Assembly (NCBI GenBank): GCA_964616965.1
Contig: CAZTVH010000002.1
Location: 1 to 43,920, forward strand
Length of the DNA stretch: 43,920 nt
DNA from: an uncultured Bacteroidaceae bacterium
Lineage (GTDB): Bacteria; Bacteroidota; Bacteroidia; Bacteroidales; P3
Direction of reading: 5' to 3'
The notes below the pieces were generated by a model. The model was not told the origin of the DNA. It was given only the letters and a program-made list of their open reading frames with translations, and ran no database searches. The translations under genes and the position numbers were made by a program. Shown here piece after piece: positions 43,497-43,920 of this stretch (position 1 is its first letter; each line of letters begins with the position of its first letter).

Positions 43497-43697
43497 CAAT
43501 TCCAAAATATGATTATGAACAGTCTGCATATAAACCCTCGTAGTATTTTCTTAAACATTAAGAAGAGAGATGTTTATGACTGTTTCATGGCCATGGATTG
43601 AGCTTGCTCTCCGTGGTCGTTTTGTTTTGCCAGTAGGGGCAAAAAGTATATTTTGGCAATCATTTTTTATTAATAATCACCAAAAAATATATCAATT

Positions 43698-43920
43698 ATG
43701 GAACTTCCATTTGCAGAAGCGTGGAAAATCAAAATGGTCGAACCCATTAAGAAATCCACCCGCGAACAGCGCGAAAAATGGCTCGAAGAAGCCCACCAGA
43801 ACATCTTTATGCTGAAGAGCGACTATGTCTACATCGACCTTCTGACCGACTCCGGCACCGGCGCTATGAGCGACCGCCAGTGGGCCGCCATGATGATGGG
43901 CGACGAGAGCTACGGCGGCG
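43698..43920 (+). CDS. tnaA: Tryptophanase / tyrosine phenol-lyase family (beta-eliminating lyase), N-terminal 74 codons; runs off the window
   Basis: My own translation (absent from the ORF track because no stop is in the window): [74 protein letters not shown]. Compare E. coli TnaA ...[14 protein letters not shown]...AAMMRGDEAY. The fragment cannot separate TnaA from Tpl. Confidence 0.8.
   Translation, partial: MELPFAEAWKIKMVEPIKKSTREQREKWLEEAHQNIFMLKSDYVYIDLLTDSGTGAMSDRQWAAMMMGDESYGG

Noticed and set aside
43570-43815. 81-aa ORF overlapping the tnaA start
   Set aside because: It overlaps the well-supported tnaA frame by 118 nt and has low-complexity, basic content at its end. Only its first codons are mentioned, as a speculative leader peptide.
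1-43920. Search for transposases, integrases, phage genes, toxin-antitoxin pairs, restriction-modification or other defence systems, rRNA and CRISPR arrays
   Set aside because: None of the ORFs of at least 60 aa shows the corresponding motifs (DDE, tyrosine or serine recombinase, HNH, cas and so on). The window appears to be a biosynthetic locus plus housekeeping flanks.

Overview
Bacteroidales-type chromosomal segment, judged from a UpxY-family antiterminator, TAnnTTTG -7 promoter boxes and lipoprotein signal peptides. I cannot name the genus from sequence alone. Nt 4213-40335 is one uninterrupted minus-strand glycan (capsule or O-antigen-like) locus of 33 genes. It starts at a promoter candidate, a G-rich leader of about 290 nt and upxY, and ends at a convergent terminator pair. 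It encodes nucleotide-sugar pathways for GDP-L-fucose (gmd, fcl), UDP-Galf (glf), UDP-ManNAcA (wecB, wecC), a WbpP/TviC-like 4-epimerase and a DegT aminotransferase. It also encodes about ten glycosyltransferases, two LbH acyltransferases and two CE4-like deacetylases. It carries both an ABC exporter (wzm, wzt) and a Wza/Wzc pair, with no Wzx and no clear Wzy. A GtrA/GtrB/GT-C module points to periplasmic glycosylation. A set of non-sugar tailoring genes is present: an HMGL-like aldolase, an orphan 340-aa protein, an ATP-grasp ligase, a carboxyethyl-ornithine-synthase-like dehydrogenase and a CapK/PaaK-like adenylating enzyme. The four largest intergenic gaps of the locus each hold a copy of a roughly 120-nt repeat with a conserved hairpin, present in both orientations. 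Flanking genes are a YiiX-like hydrolase fragment, a U32 peptidase, an odd secreted Ser/Gly/Arg-rich protein with a His/Cys/aromatic segment, an M49-like lipoprotein, tRNA-Ser(GGA), a GT2 and the 5' end of a tryptophanase-family gene behind a long leader. I found no transposase, integrase, CRISPR array or rRNA. Functional calls rest on motifs I recognise by eye; no database search was possible.
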